Assembly: GCF_035084215.1 (NCBI RefSeq)
Contig: NC_090352.1
Span: 30,690,001-30,754,000 of the forward strand
Origin: Heptranchias perlo
Lineage: Eukaryota
Length of the DNA stretch: 64,000 nucleotides
Reading direction: 5' to 3'
Part shown: piece after piece, positions 51,222-64,000 of the stretch
How positions within the stretch are numbered: position 1 is the stretch's first letter
Layout of the letters: every line of letters starts with the position of its first letter
Notes under the pieces: model-generated
The model's database searches: none
The model's input: the letters and a program-made list of their open reading frames with translations, nothing else
What the model was told of the DNA's origin: nothing
Program-made: the position numbers and the translations under genes

Positions 51222-52422
51222 TTTATTCATTCATGGGATGTGGGCGTCGCTGGCAATGCCAGCATTTATTGCCCATCCCTAATTGCCCTTGAGAAGGTGG
51301 TGGTGAGCCGCCTTCTTGAACCGCTGCAGTCCGTGTAGTGAAAGTTCTCCCACAGTGCTGTTCGGTAGGGAGTTCCAGGATTTTGACCCAGCGATGATGA
51401 AGGAACGACAATATATTTCCAAGTCGGGATGGTGTGTGACTTGGAGGGGAATGTGCAGGTGGTGTTGTTCCCATGTACCTGCTGCTCTTGTCCTTCTAGG
51501 TGGTAGAGGTCGCGGGTATGGGAGGTGCTGTCGAAAAATTCTTTGCGAGTTGCTGCAGTGCATCCTGTGGATAGTACACACTGCAGCCACAGTGTGCCGG
51601 TGGTGAAGAGTGTGAATGTTTAGGGTGGTGGATGGGGTGCCAATCAAGCGGGCTGCTTTGTCTGGATGGTGTCGAGCTTCTTGAGCGTTGTTGGAGCTGC
51701 ACTCATCCAGGCAAGTGGAGAGTATTCCATCACACTCCTGACTTGTGCCTTGTCGATGGTGGAAAGGCTTTGGGGAGTCAAGAGGTGAGTCACTCGCCAC
51801 AGAATACCCAGCCTCTGACCTGCTCTTGTAGCCACAGTATTTATATGGCTGGTCCAGTTAAGCTTCTGGTCAATGGTGACCCCCCCCCCAGGATGTTGAT
51901 GGTGGGGGATTCGGCGATGGTAATGCCGTTGAATGTCAAGGGGAGGTGGTTCGACACTCTCTTGTTGGGGATGGTCATTGCCTGGCACTTGTCTGGCGCG
52001 AATGTTACTTGCCACTTATCAGCCCAAGCCTGGATGTTGTCCAGGTCTTGCTGCATGCGGGCACGGACTGATTCATTATCTGAGGGGTTGCGAATGCAAC
52101 TGAACACTGTGCAGTCATCAGCGAACATCCCCATTTCTGACCTTATGATGGAGGGAAGGTCATTGATGAAGCAGCTGAAGATGGTTGGGCCTAGGACACT
52201 GCCCTGAGGAACTCCTGCAGCAATGTCCTGGGGCTGTGATGATTGGCCTCCAACAACCACTACCATCTTTGTGCTAGGTATGACTCCAGCCACTGGAGAG
52301 TTTTCCTCCTGATTTCCATTGACTTCAATTTTACTCAGGCCCCTTGGTGCCACACTCAGTCAAATGCTGCCTTGATGTCAAGGGCAGTCACTCTCTCCTC
52401 ACCTCTGGAATTCAGCTCTTTT
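51222..52422 (-). mobile_element. Non-LTR retrotransposon (CR1/L2-group, distinct family), frameshifted RT
   Basis: [24 protein letters not shown] and KAQVRSVMEYS spread over three frames. Inserted in an older CR1 remnant (about 51100-51215 and 52425-52680). Confidence 0.9.
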
Positions 52423-54334
52423 GTGCGGAAATGGCTTGAAATTACGAGACTCAGTGGGCACAGGTTCAAACTGGTAAAAGGCAAATTTAGAACGAACGTC
52501 AGAAATTGTTTATTCAAGAATGATCAATACATGGAATGGACTCCTGCATGGAGCAGTGGAGGAAAAAACCCTTGAGTCATTTAAGAACCAATTGGATGTT
52601 GCAATGGGGTGGGGGCGGAATGTAAGGTCATTCTGGATGAATGACCTAAGATGGGCCAAATGGCCTTCATCATCCACAATCATCCTGTGATTTTTCAGAT
52701 GCTCACTGACCTGTTACGCACTTTCAGCTGTTTTTATTCAAACTTTCATCATGTTTGATTCAGCAGTGCAGAGACTTGCGAACCATGTTTCAAGTTCGGA
52801 TGCATAGACCTAATGAAGGGCTCCCATTCAAAACATTAACCTGTCTTTCTCCTTCAGACGCTGACTAACTCACCGCGCTTTTCCTGCATTTTTATTTCAG
52901 ATTACCAGCATTGCTGTTAAATTCTCATGTTAGTTTAGCATTGCATTGGGCCACATCCAGAACAAAATCGGGTTTGGACCCGATTTACCACTTGCACTGG
53001 TGAAAACCATTCACCGTGGTTCTCTCATCTGAAAGTGAGCAATATTACACAGGCTCTGACTGTCGCCTAATAAGCACCGTATCTAACCTAGACATTAATC
53101 ATCTGATGTGGCCTTGCACTAAGAGCATTTGCAGCTGCACAGAAATTTTTTTTTTTATGATGATCTCATCCAGCTTGCTGACACTTCATCCCTGCTGAAA
53201 CTGTATCATCAGAGGGCAGGAGAAGAGGAGACTGTCTGTCTGATTGGGCTGCCATTAATCAACTGCATTGATCGCTCAGACTCTTTGCAGTGGGTCGCTG
53301 GTGAGCGCTGGAACCAAATTAACTGTGCCTGGTACGACATCCTGTGCCAGGCCTGAAATGCGGTTAGCTCACGGAAAAGTGATATCACCCACAAAAGCAA
53401 GGAAGGATCAGGCCATTTGTTTCTGGTCCAGCTGCGATACCGTGGATATCAAGGCTGAGACGTGGATGTGGATCAGTAAAGGGAAGGAAGCAGAGTGGTT
53501 GCAAGGGGAACCAGATCGCAATGGGTGAGGAGGTGGGGTACAGAAGGGCATTGAACAAGATGCAGCAGGATCCATGCTGGGACACTTCCTGTTCCTGCTA
53601 CACATAAATGACTTGGATGGAATCCTAATCAATGTAGGGTAGTTAAATCATTCAGAAGGCACCCAAGCTCGTGGGAGTTTGTAGACTGAGAGGAGTCCGC
53701 CAAGATCTCATAAGGAGTACTCAGCATCGGTTGCACCTGGGCTGACCAGTGACAAATGAAATTCGATATTTGTTCAAAATGTTCAAAAGGCAATTGGACA
53801 TGTACTTGAAGAGGGCTAATTTGCAGGGTTATGGGGAAAAAGCTGGGGTGTGGGACTGAATTGGACAGCTCTTTCAAAGAGCCAGCACAGGCACAAGGGG
53901 CTGAATGGCCTCCTTCTGTGCTGTAAGATTCTATTATAATGGACAAGTGCAAGGTACTGGATATGTGAAGTACAAATAAGAAGCACGTCTACTCCAAGCA
54001 TGGAATAGAGCATTTCCAAACAGGAAGTTGAAAGGGACATGGAATGCTTAGTGATTTCACTGGATCAATGTGAGTCAGCAATTTAAAAAAAAGGAAACTA
54101 GGATGCTGGGTTTTACTGCCTAATCAGTCGAGTTCAAATCCCCAGAGTCCTGCTGAACTGGCACCCATGTACAGGCAGAACTGGAGTACTGCATCCAGTT
54201 CTAGTCACCATGATATAAGGCAGCCATCCAGCCCCTGGAGCAACGCAGAGGACATCAATGAGGCTGATCCCCAGCCTCAGACAGAAGAACTCCTCACGTT
54301 TGAAAACATGACATTTCAAGGTGACCTCAAAGAG

Positions 54335-55282
54335 ATGATTGCTAAATTTGCTGTTGACACAAAGTTAGGTAGGAACTAAGTTGTGAAGAGGACATAAGGA
54401 GTCTGCAAAGGGATATAGATAGGTTAAGTGAGTGGGCAAAAATTTGGCAGATGGAGTATAATGTGGGAAAATGTGAACTTGTCCACTTTGGCAGGAGGAA
54501 TAGAAAAGCAGTATATTATTTAAATGGAGAGAGATTGCAGAACTCTGAGGTACAGAGGGATCTGGGTGTCCTAGTACATGGATCACAAAAAGTTAGTATG
54601 CAGGTACAGCAAGTGATTAGGAAGGCAAATGGAATGTTGTCATTTATTGCAATGGAATATAAAAGTAGAGATGTTTTGCTACAGTTGTACAGGGCATTGG
54701 TGAGACCACATCTAGAATACTGTGTGCAGTTTTGGTCTCCTTATTTAAGAAAGGACATCATTGTTTTGGAGGCGGTTCAGAGAAGGTTCACTCGACTGAT
54801 TCCTGGGATGAGGGGGTTATCTTATGAGGAAAGCTTGGACAAGTTGGGCCTGTATACACTGGAGTTTAAAAGAATGAGAGGTGATCTTATTGAAACATAT
54901 AAGATCCTGAGGGGACTAGAAGGGGTAGATGCTGTGGGGATGTTTCCCCTTGTGGGAGAGACTAGAACTAGGGGCCACGGTTTAAAAATAATGGGTCTCC
55001 CATTTAAGACAGAGATGAGGAGAAATTTTTTCTCTGAGGGTCGTGAGTCTGTGGAACTCCTTTCCCCAGAGAGCGGTGGAGGCAGGGTCACTGAATATTT
55101 TTAAGGCTGAGTCAGATAGATTCCTGATTAAAAAGGGAGTCAAAGGTTATAGTAGGTAGACGGGAAAGTGGGGTTGAGGTCACAATCAGATCAACCATGA
55201 TCTTATCAAATGGCAGAGCAGGCTGGAGGGGCCGAATGGCCTACTCCTGCTCTTAATTCGTATGTTCGTACATATGTTCGTA
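54335..55282 (+). mobile_element. CR1 3' fragment
   Basis: ORF 54451..55104 is the CR1 ORF2 C-terminus. Tail tatgttcg repeats. Confidence 0.93.
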
Positions 55283-56537
55283 CTGGAAGAGGGAAAGCAA
55301 ATGCAAAACAAAACTTGTAGCTGTGCCAGGGCAGCAGGACAAGAGGGCACAGGTTCAGGACTGTGAAAGGCAAACTGAGGGCGGATGTCAGGGACAGAGT
55401 GATCAACAGCTTGAACATGGTGCTCGGGACACTAGACTCATTTAAGAATCAAGGAGATACTGAAATGGGGAGACGGTAGACCTGGTATTCTGGAAGGATG
55501 AGGTCAAATGGGCCAAAAGGCCGCCTTCATCCAAGTCTACCTTGTGACGACAGCTCAACCAGCACCAAGTTGCATCCAAAATGTCAAGTTTCTGAGAGCC
55601 AGAATGGCTGCAAAAAAACAATTATGGTGATAGCCAGCGATCTTTTAGAAACAACTTATAAAGCTGGTTATTGGAAGTGCCCCTTAATTTTCTCCCCTAA
55701 CTCTTGCAGCATTTAGAGGATTCCTCCCATGTGTTTGACTACGTGACCAGTAAAAGCTGCAGTCCCTGACGGCCGAGAGCTTGTCTGCAACCTTCAGTTT
55801 AACTGCAGTGGGTGGAATGAGAGATTAATATTCTTCCTCACATGATGAACAAATAGACTTTCACCTTAACCTTCGTATATTGCACAGCAGTCTGAATTTC
55901 CATCCGAACGACCAAAATTATTGTCTAAGCTACACCGTACAGCAAAGGGAGACCCAGAACACTGCTGCAAGTGAAAAGATGACAGTCGGACAAGGTTCAA
56001 AGTCAAATTTAGGACCGGTGTCAGGAAATTCTTTACACAAATAATGATCAACACTAGGAATGGTTGTTTGGGTAAGATAGGCAGACAAAAATCTTTACAA
56101 ACCATTTAAGAAGTGACTGGATGCTGTGATTGGGGGTGGGTGGTGGTTGTAAAGTAAGAGCCTACCTCATCCGTATTTAGTTTTTGATCATTAAGAATTC
56201 CTGTTGTAAATAGTTGTTTAAGAGGTCAACGGTAAAAGTGTACCATAGGTTAAATGTATATCTTCTGTACAGCCCCATATCAAAGCAGTAGTGTAGAAAT
56301 AGAGGCCGGGGGTCTTCCATTTCCGCACTCAACCAGCCAGCAATTTTCTGCCCATTCACTTGAATGGGCTGGTAGGTGCAGAAGCACCTCGGTAGAGGAG
56401 ATACCTGCCAGCGTCTCGTTATTGCCTCGTTAACAGGCTGCAGTGATTTCAAAACAGGGACATGAGGGAGAACAGGCAGGATAGGTGCACCCTCCATGGG
56501 GATGCAACCAGGCATCGCCAGACTGGTATTTTTCACT

Positions 56538-56768
56538 ACAGGGGAGTTCTGGTCAATATTTATCCCTCAACCAACATCACTAAAAACAGATTATCTGGTC
56601 ACTATCACATTACTGTTCGTGAGACCTTGCAGTGGGCAAATTGGCTGCCGTGTTTCCTACATTACAACAGTGACTACACTTCAAAAGTACTTAATTGGTT
56701 GTGAAGCGCTTTGGGACGTCCTGAGGTCGTGAAAGGTGCTATAAAAATGCAAGTCTTCCTTTTCTTTT
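56538..56768 (+). mobile_element. Deu-domain SINE 3' half
   Basis: Colinear with 4865-5100. Confidence 0.82.
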
Positions 56769-57346
56769 ACATGGGCCTTACTGTCATGGTGGCACATCTG
56801 TGGGTTAGGAAGTACAGTCTCAAACAAGGAGACAATGGCCACTGTTCATAAAAATATTAGTAGCCTCATCCATTCCATACTTGATGTCCTTTTCTCTCTC
56901 AGACAGAATGGGGGTAAGGCTGGGGAGAACAAAAAAAATCATCCAAAAAAAGCACAGAATTAAGGGAAGTGGGTCACCCATGGAAAAGATTGATCGTGAT
57001 TCTGGAGCATCATTTATTTGTCCCGAGTTGCCTCCCTGCAAGCAAGAAGTAACTTCTCTCTCCGTCCAATTAAGAGGCTCAGTCTGACTTTTCCGTCCTG
57101 CATGGCGACTGCATCAGGTTTTAAAGAGCTGCTGTGATTACCTCATTGATTGAACGCCAGAATCATTTATGAAAGTAATGAAGTTGGACTTAAGCAATTT
57201 TTTTTAAAACATATACTCGAGCAAAGATAGCACAGAATTTCCGACTTTGCCCTTTTTTGTTCCCTCAAATACGACCCCAGTGTTGCGATGCAGATTGTTC
57301 CTAAAACCAAACCCATCCAACAACACTTTCCCAGGAAGAGGACAGT

Positions 57347-58545
57347 TCATAGTATCATAGTATGGTACAGCACAGGAGGAGGCTATTCAGCCCATCGTGC
57401 CTATGTTGGCTCTTTGAAAGAGCTTTCCAATTAGTCCCACTCCCCTGCTCTTTCCCCATAGCCCTGTAATTTTTTTCCATTCAAGTATTTATCTAATTCC
57501 CTATTATAAGTTACTATTGAATCTGCTTCCACCACTCTTTCAGGCAGTACATTCCAGATCATAACTCGCTGCGTAAAAAAAATGTTTCCTCGTGTCGTCT
57601 GGTTCTTTTGCCAATCACCTTAAATCTGTGTCCTCTGATTACCCATCCTTCTGCCACTGAAAATAGTTTCTCCTTATTTACTCTATCAAAACTGTTCATG
57701 ATTTTGAACACCTCTATCAAATCTCCTCTTAACCTTCTCTGCTCTAAGGTGAACAACCCCAGCTTCTCCAGTCTATCCATATAACTGAAGTCCCTCATCC
57801 CTGGTACCATTCTAGTAAATCTCATCTGTACCCTCTCTAAGGCCAAGACATCCTTCCTAAAGTGTGGTGCCCAGAATTGAACACAATACTCCAGCTGAGG
57901 CCTAACCAGTGTTTTATGAAGGATTAGCATAACTTCCTTGCTTTTGTACTCTATGCCTCTATTAATAAAGCCAAGCATCCCATATGCTTTTTTTTTTAAA
58001 CAGCCTTCTCAACTTGTCCTGCCACCTTCAAAGATTTGTGTACATACAACCCCAGGTCTCTCTGTTCCTGCACTCTCTTTAAAATGGTACCATTTAACTT
58101 ATATTGCCTCTCATTCTTCCTACCAAAATGTATCACTTCACACTTCTCTGTGTTAAATTTCGTCTGCCCATTTCACCAGTCAGTCTGTGTCCTCCTGAAG
58201 TCTGTTACTAGCCTCCACATTGTTTACTACATTTGAGTTTCTTGTTATCTGCAAACTTTGAAATTATGCCCTGTGTACCCAAGTCCAGGTCATTAATATA
58301 TATCAAAAAAAGCATTGGGCCTAATACTGACCCCTGGGGAATACCACTGTATACTTCCCTCCAGTCTGAAAAACAACCGTTCACCACTATTCTCTGCTTT
58401 CTGTCCCTTAGCCAATTTTGTATCCACACTGCCACTGTCTCTTTAATCCCATGGACTTTAATTTTGCTAACAAGTCTATTATGTGGTGCTTTATCAAATG
58501 CCTTTTCAAAGTCCATATACACAATATCAAACGCACTACCTCAAT
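57347..58545 (-). mobile_element. CR1 fragment (RT to 3' end), frameshifted
   Basis: ORFs 58208..58522 ([18 protein letters not shown]) and 57559..57978. Confidence 0.93.
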
Positions 58546-58941
58546 GTTAATCCTAGTCCATAAATATCTCTTGGCAACAATCCCAGCTATTCTATTTAGG
58601 GCCATGCAACTACTATGATGGTCTTGTTACCCAGACAACAATTATCAACACTGCTGCAGCAGTGCTAACCTAGTGGGTTTTTTAAATCTCATATTTTTCG
58701 ACCAATTTCCTCCCGTCCCGAAGGTGTTGGCTGGGTTGCTGACTCTACAGGTTTCCCACGAATACCTGGCCCAAGCGTGAGCTTAGACAGTGAGGGTCAG
58801 CAAGGTATTCAACTGCAGGGGGGCATCACGGATGAATCCAATCCAGTCCTCATCTGACGACCATTTAGTGCCCCCTATTACCGTTCTGAATGAGATCATT
58901 AATTCAGCCCAAACTGGGATTGTCTTGATCTATATCGCTCA

Positions 58942-59262
58942 GCTGCTCTTTCAGATGAGACGTTAAACCAAGGCCCCGTCTGCCTTCTCACGTGGACGTA
59001 AAAGATCCCATGGCACTCTTTGTAGAAGAGTAGGGGAGTTCACCCTGGTGTCCTGGCCAATATTTATCCCCCAATCAACATCATTAAAACAGATTATCTG
59101 GTCATTATCTCATTGTTGTTTGTGGGACCTTGCTGTGCTCAAATTGGTTCCTGCGTTTCCCTGCATTGCAAGTGACTACACTTCAAAAGTTGGTTGTAAA
59201 GTGCTTTGAGACATCCTGAGGTCTTGAAAGGCACTTTAGAATTGCTAATTCTTTCTTCCTTT
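58942..59262 (+). mobile_element. Deu-domain SINE, 5'-truncated
   Basis: gatgagacgttaaacc...aagatcccatggcact...ggtgtcctggccaatattt. Confidence 0.85.
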
Positions 59263-59514
59263 GATCGAGGCTTGTGTATTTTGTACTAGTGACCTCTAAC
59301 CTACGCTTGTTGAAGTTTGCTTGTTTCTACCTTATCTATTCCTTTAATTATTTAAGACACTTCTTGTGGCTAAAGGAGGAAGTGTGACAGCAGTAGGCAG
59401 CAGGAGGCAACCATTCCCGAGCCCACTCTTCTCTAAGTTTTTACTGGCCAAAGGGTCTCCTCCCTTCTACTTTTTAACTTCCCACCTTGCCCTTTGCTGT
59501 GTACTCTGAGCGAG

Positions 59515-60032
59515 ACTGGAAATTGTACTGATTGCGCCATATCCACTGGAAATTGTACTGATTGCGCCATATCCACTGGAAATTGTACTGACTGCGCCAT
59601 ATCCACTGGAAATTGTACTGATTGCGCCATATCCACTGGAAATTGTACTGATTGCGCCATATCCACTGGAAATTGTACTGATTGCGCCATATCCACTGGA
59701 AATTGTACTGATTGCGTCATATCCACTGGAAATTGTACTGATTGCGCCATATCCACTGGAAATTGTACTGATTGCGCCATATCCACTGGAAATTGTACTG
59801 ATTGCGCCATATCCACTGGAAATTGTACTGATTGCGCCATATCCACTGGAAATTGTACTGATTGCGCCATATCCACTGGAAATTGTACTGATTGCGCCAT
59901 ATCCACTGGAAATTGTACTGATTGCGTCATATCCACTGGAAATTGTACTGATTGCGCCATATCCACTGGAAATTGTACTGATTGCGTCATATCCACTGGA
60001 AATTGTACTGATTGCGCCATATCCACTGGAAA
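59515..60032. repeat. 30-bp minisatellite, 17 copies
   Basis: Unit aattgtactgattgcgccatatccactgga, nearly invariant. Confidence 0.98.
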
Positions 60033-60858
60033 GTGGGCTCTTAATAACTGGAGAGGCAGACAAGACACTTACACAATTCAATCCATTAGTCTAGGTTGGA
60101 AGACTGAGAGGTGAACAGATTGTATTCTAAACCACTGCAACACGCATGACTTTGACCGACTGACTGGGAACGATTCAGTCCCATGTTCCCAAGGCGAAAG
60201 AACTTGTCCTAACTGGCTGCCGTCTGTGTGAAAAATGGTTCTCTCTTTTGCAGCCGTAGAAGAATCAAGAGTAGAAGGCAGGCTGGCAATCAGTCGTCTC
60301 TCTCCAGCAAATGAGAACACCAGGCTTTCAGAGTCACTGAATTCTCGAGGTAGAATGAGGTTTAGAACTTAAATATGAAGCATAAGGTCAGCTGCCAGTA
60401 AGTTATTGACTGAAACTGAGTACATACAGGAATGCAGCTGAGGAGAGTGTGGTAATGCTGAATGCTCATAGCAAGCGACTGCACTTCTAATAAGTTCCAC
60501 ATCTCCTTCTCTCAGTGAAAGAGGGAAAGGGCACAAGGAGATACTGGATTACATGCATTATGCCCTCTCCGTAAGGCAATATTTTAATGACAAGGATCAC
60601 TGGGTTAAAATCTCTGCCCCCGTCAATCATGAATGAGTGGAAAATGTACATTTTTGAAAAACGGGGAGCCCGAATTTTCCGCTAGAACGGAATCCCATCG
60701 CGTCCTGGGAGGAGCGGGACCTCCGCCCACCCCAAGGATAGACCCCCGATATGACAGCTCTTCTGCTGTTGGGGGGATTTGTATTTTTTAAGCAAGCTGC
60801 CCTGGGAGGGGGTGGGGGTGGTGATTTGCTGCAGCAGGGCTCGGGGGCCTGCTGGGTG

Positions 60859-61253
60859 TAGGGTTGCCAATCCTGGTTGGACATATTCCTGGAGCTTTTG
60901 TCACATGACCTCCTGCCTCCAACCACCCCGCCCCCGCATTCCCGCCATTGGTCACCCATCATGTCCATCCTCACAGAACCCCCACTTCCCAAGGCAATCA
61001 GGAAGTGAATGGACTCTCAGTTACCCGTTTGGATGGCTCTTGACTGTCAGTCAAACAGGATTTCCCCCACCCCCGATGTCCAATATTTTTATCATTAATA
61101 AACAAAATTGTTCAAAGAATTTTTTTTTTAAAAAACAACAATTTTTTTAATGCCCTTATGATTTTTCTCCTGGATTTGCTCGCAGCAGTGTCCTGGAGGT
61201 TGGTCTTTAGTTCCTGGGGACTCCAGGGCAATCCTGGAGGGTTGGCAACCTTA
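60859..61253. mobile_element. Non-autonomous hAT DNA transposon
   Basis: TIRs tagggttgccaa / ttggcaacctta. Perfect 8-bp TSD gctgggtg at 60851-60858 and 61254-61261. Confidence 0.88.
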
Positions 61254-61869
61254 GCTGGGTGGTTGGCAGCCTCTTTGATGCCAGTTGAAGATTTGACATT
61301 TTTCTTTAAAAGCAACAGGCATAAGCCTTTCGGCCCTTCAAGCTTAAAACAGTCCCTCCATCTCCAATAGCAAGGTGGACACCAGAAAGGAACAGGCATC
61401 CCTTGAGTTGCGACGGCACAAATAATGGAAAATACGTTCAAGAGCATATTTCCATCACTTGTATAATATATTGCAGTCACTGCCAGTGGGAAATCCCAGA
61501 ATTAGCAGGGGGCCGGTGGACCAGTTCCCAAAATAATTTTGCCGGGTGGGGCCAGCATAACTTGAGTGGAAAATCTGGCCATGGTATTTGTGTGGTCTCC
61601 GAGGAGAATGCATGTCACAGGTTAACTCCATGGCAGGACAGCCATGGTTTACTGACCTTTGAAACTCATTCAGTCCCCACCAAATCCTCCCAGTGAGTTG
61701 GGCAGGGGGCTATGGGGCTGGAGAGGAGGAGGGGGCTGGGGGGCACCCTGCTACTTTCCTTTTTCTCAGCAGCTACTTCAGCTTTTATTCTAGCCCTTTA
61801 GCTCCTGCCACTAATGTGGGTCATTGAAATTATATGGATCTGACAGAGAGCTTCTTAAGGGGCAAGTAC

Positions 61870-62238
61870 AGAGTCAGGGAAAGGGCGGGAGGGGAGGAAA
61901 GAACAAAAGGGAAGGTCTGTGATAGGGTAGAGGGCAAGAGTGATTAAATGACAAAAGGGATGATGGCGCAAGGCAAGGAGGGTGGTAATGGGACAGGTAA
62001 AGAATCAAAAGATCGGTCTAGAGGAGCTGTAAATGGCAACAACAGAACCACAGCCAGCAGCTGCAGTCCCACAACAAAAAAAAATTAAAATGGGAGCAAG
62101 TTATTAAAATCAATGTTGAGTCCGGAAGGTTGTAAAGTGCCTAATCGAAAGATGAGGTGCTGTTCCTCGAGCTTCTGTTGAGCTTCATCGGAACAGTGTA
62201 AGAGGCCGAGGACAGAGAGGTCAGAGTGAGAGTGGGGT
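61870..62238 (-). mobile_element. Penelope-like element fragment (GIY-YIG C-terminus plus 3' UTR)
   Basis: Minus strand 62238-62101 reads PHSHSDLSVLGLLHCSDEAQQKLEEQHLIFRLGTLQPSGLNIDF, typical of the PLE ORF end. Confidence 0.8.
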
Positions 62239-62899
62239 TATTATTTGACTGTTGTATTTTCAAGAGTTTCTTCTCTCATATATATTTGATAAGGCTGCTG
62301 TATGTTTTTGGTTTCATGGTGTTTATGGAAGGACTGATACATTAAGGTTTCTTGGCATGGTCGTGCTTGTGCAATGCAGGCTTAGTGGTTGAAGTAATTT
62401 GTTTGTGCTTTGTCCCTAGGGCTCAGTTGGATGGAGGTGGGGGAGGAGATCTATCTATTAATAGTTTTAGTTTTGTATATGCATTTTGGCTGTTGCTCCA
62501 GACCCGAGTCTATTTCATTTTTTTCCCTCTTGGTCCCTTTCAGGTTCTTCTCTCCTCCCCTTCCCGCCACCCGGTTAAAGCACCTTTAATTTCTTCCCTT
62601 GAGTAATTTGCCGTACCACAATCCCGACCCCAACCCATCACTACTCCTTCACCTTCCTATACTCCTGCCACCGTTCCAGGCTTGTATCCCCCTTGGATAA
62701 GCCCACTGCTACCCTCTGTGCCTCTCTTGGAATTCTCTAAAGTGCCCATCGAAGGTACCCATCGCTGCCTCCTCACGAGCAGCAACCCATGCTGCTCCGT
62801 CCTCCTCTCTCGCCGTCTGTCCTGCCCAGCATGCCCGCAGGGTGCTAACCTCGCCAACCTTCCTGTTCTGCTCACCTTACCCACCGCCTTGGATTCTGC

Positions 62900-63606
62900 C
62901 AGCGGATCACCAAACACAATTTCCTCCAGCTAAACATTGAGAAGACTGAAGTCGTATACTCTTCATCAAAGACCGCCTACCTCCGCCTCCTTAACATTGC
63001 CTGCCTCGACCCGCCTCAGGCCAGCTGCCACTGAAATCCTCAACCATGCCATGGTCGCCTCCAGACCCGACTGTTCCAATGCCCTCCTGGCCGGCCGCCC
63101 ATCCTCCACACTCCGTAAACTTCAGCTCATCCAAAACTCTGCTGCAGTATCCTATCCCACACCAGGTCCCACTCGCTTATCATTCCTGTCCTTGCTGACC
63201 TACATTGGCTCCCAGTCCCCCAACACCTCAAATTTAAAATTCTTATCCTCCTGTTTAAATCTCTTCATGGCCTCACCCCTCCCTTTCTCTGTAACTTCTT
63301 CCAGCCCTACAACCCCCCCCCCCTCCCGTTATCTCCATTCCTATGACTCTGACCTTTGCGCATCCCCTTTCCTTTACCCCACCATTGGTTGCAGTGCCTT
63401 CAGCCTCCTAGGCCCCACACTATGCAATTCCCTCCTTAAATCTCTCCATTTCCCTCTCCTCCGATAAGACCCTTCTTAAAACCCACCTCTTTTACTGATG
63501 TTTTAATATCTCCTTCTTTATCTTGGCGTCCAATTGTGTCTTAATCGCACCTTGGTGAAGTTTTTCTATGTTAAGACGCTATACAAAACCAAGTTGTTGT
63601 AGTTGT
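62900..63606 (+). mobile_element. L2-clade LINE 3' fragment
   Basis: HAMVASRPDCSNALLAG...LRKLQLIQNSAA (the L2 SRLDYCN...LQxxQNxAA motif). Tail gctatacaaaaccaagttgttg. Confidence 0.85.
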
Positions 63607-64000
63607 TCGACGGACTAAGACAAAGGCTTGTCGTCAAAATGGGGAGGGTTTCCTAGAATGCTCCTGGGACTGTTTCCTTCATCAGTTCATTGCATGTCCA
63701 ACCATGGAGGATGGGTTATAAAGCAGGACAAATAAACAACCTGGAGGTGGGAGAACACCTGGGGAATAGTGACTGTAAACCTCATTAGATTCACATTGAA
63801 AATAGATTTTTTTTTAAATGAGTCCAAGATAAAGGTGTTTGACTGGAATTGAACCCATTTCAGTGGGACAAAAGGGGATTGAACCCAGAATAACAAGTGG
63901 CAAAAAATGGCAGATCAAACATCAGACCGTCAGTGGGAGATATTTAAATGCAACAATAGATACCAGGAATGTGATTGTAGTTCTGAATAAAGGCACGCAG

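Noticed and set aside
59433-60114. Three ORFs of about 205 aa, one with CxxC-like repeats
   Set aside because: Overlapping frames of a 30-bp minisatellite.

Overview
Repeat-rich vertebrate genomic DNA. The repeat landscape (CR1 LINEs, Deu-domain tRNA-SINEs, Penelope-like termini) points to a cartilaginous fish; this is an inference. Two host genes are supported, both on +. (1) A spliced six-coding-exon NOD-like receptor that the ORF track only partly shows: CARD exon 14160-14484, NACHT exon 17692-19321, three 84-nt LRR exons (20839-20922, 24545-24628, 28020-28103) and a terminal exon 28764-28851. All junctions are GT-AG and phase-compatible, giving 764 aa. It has a NOD1-like CARD, only about 5 LRRs, and altered nucleotide-binding motifs. 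(2) The first coding exon of a CCDC92B-like gene (46736-46865), with a probable CpG-rich 5' end near 37 kb. The rest is CR1 LINEs (one nearly intact, one nested pair), a second LINE family with a partner SINE, L2 fragments, DeuSINEs, a hAT MITE with an 8-bp TSD, Penelope-derived hairpins carrying minimal hammerhead ribozyme cores, several long palindromes, minisatellites and a 130-N gap. All calls were made by eye, without database searches.
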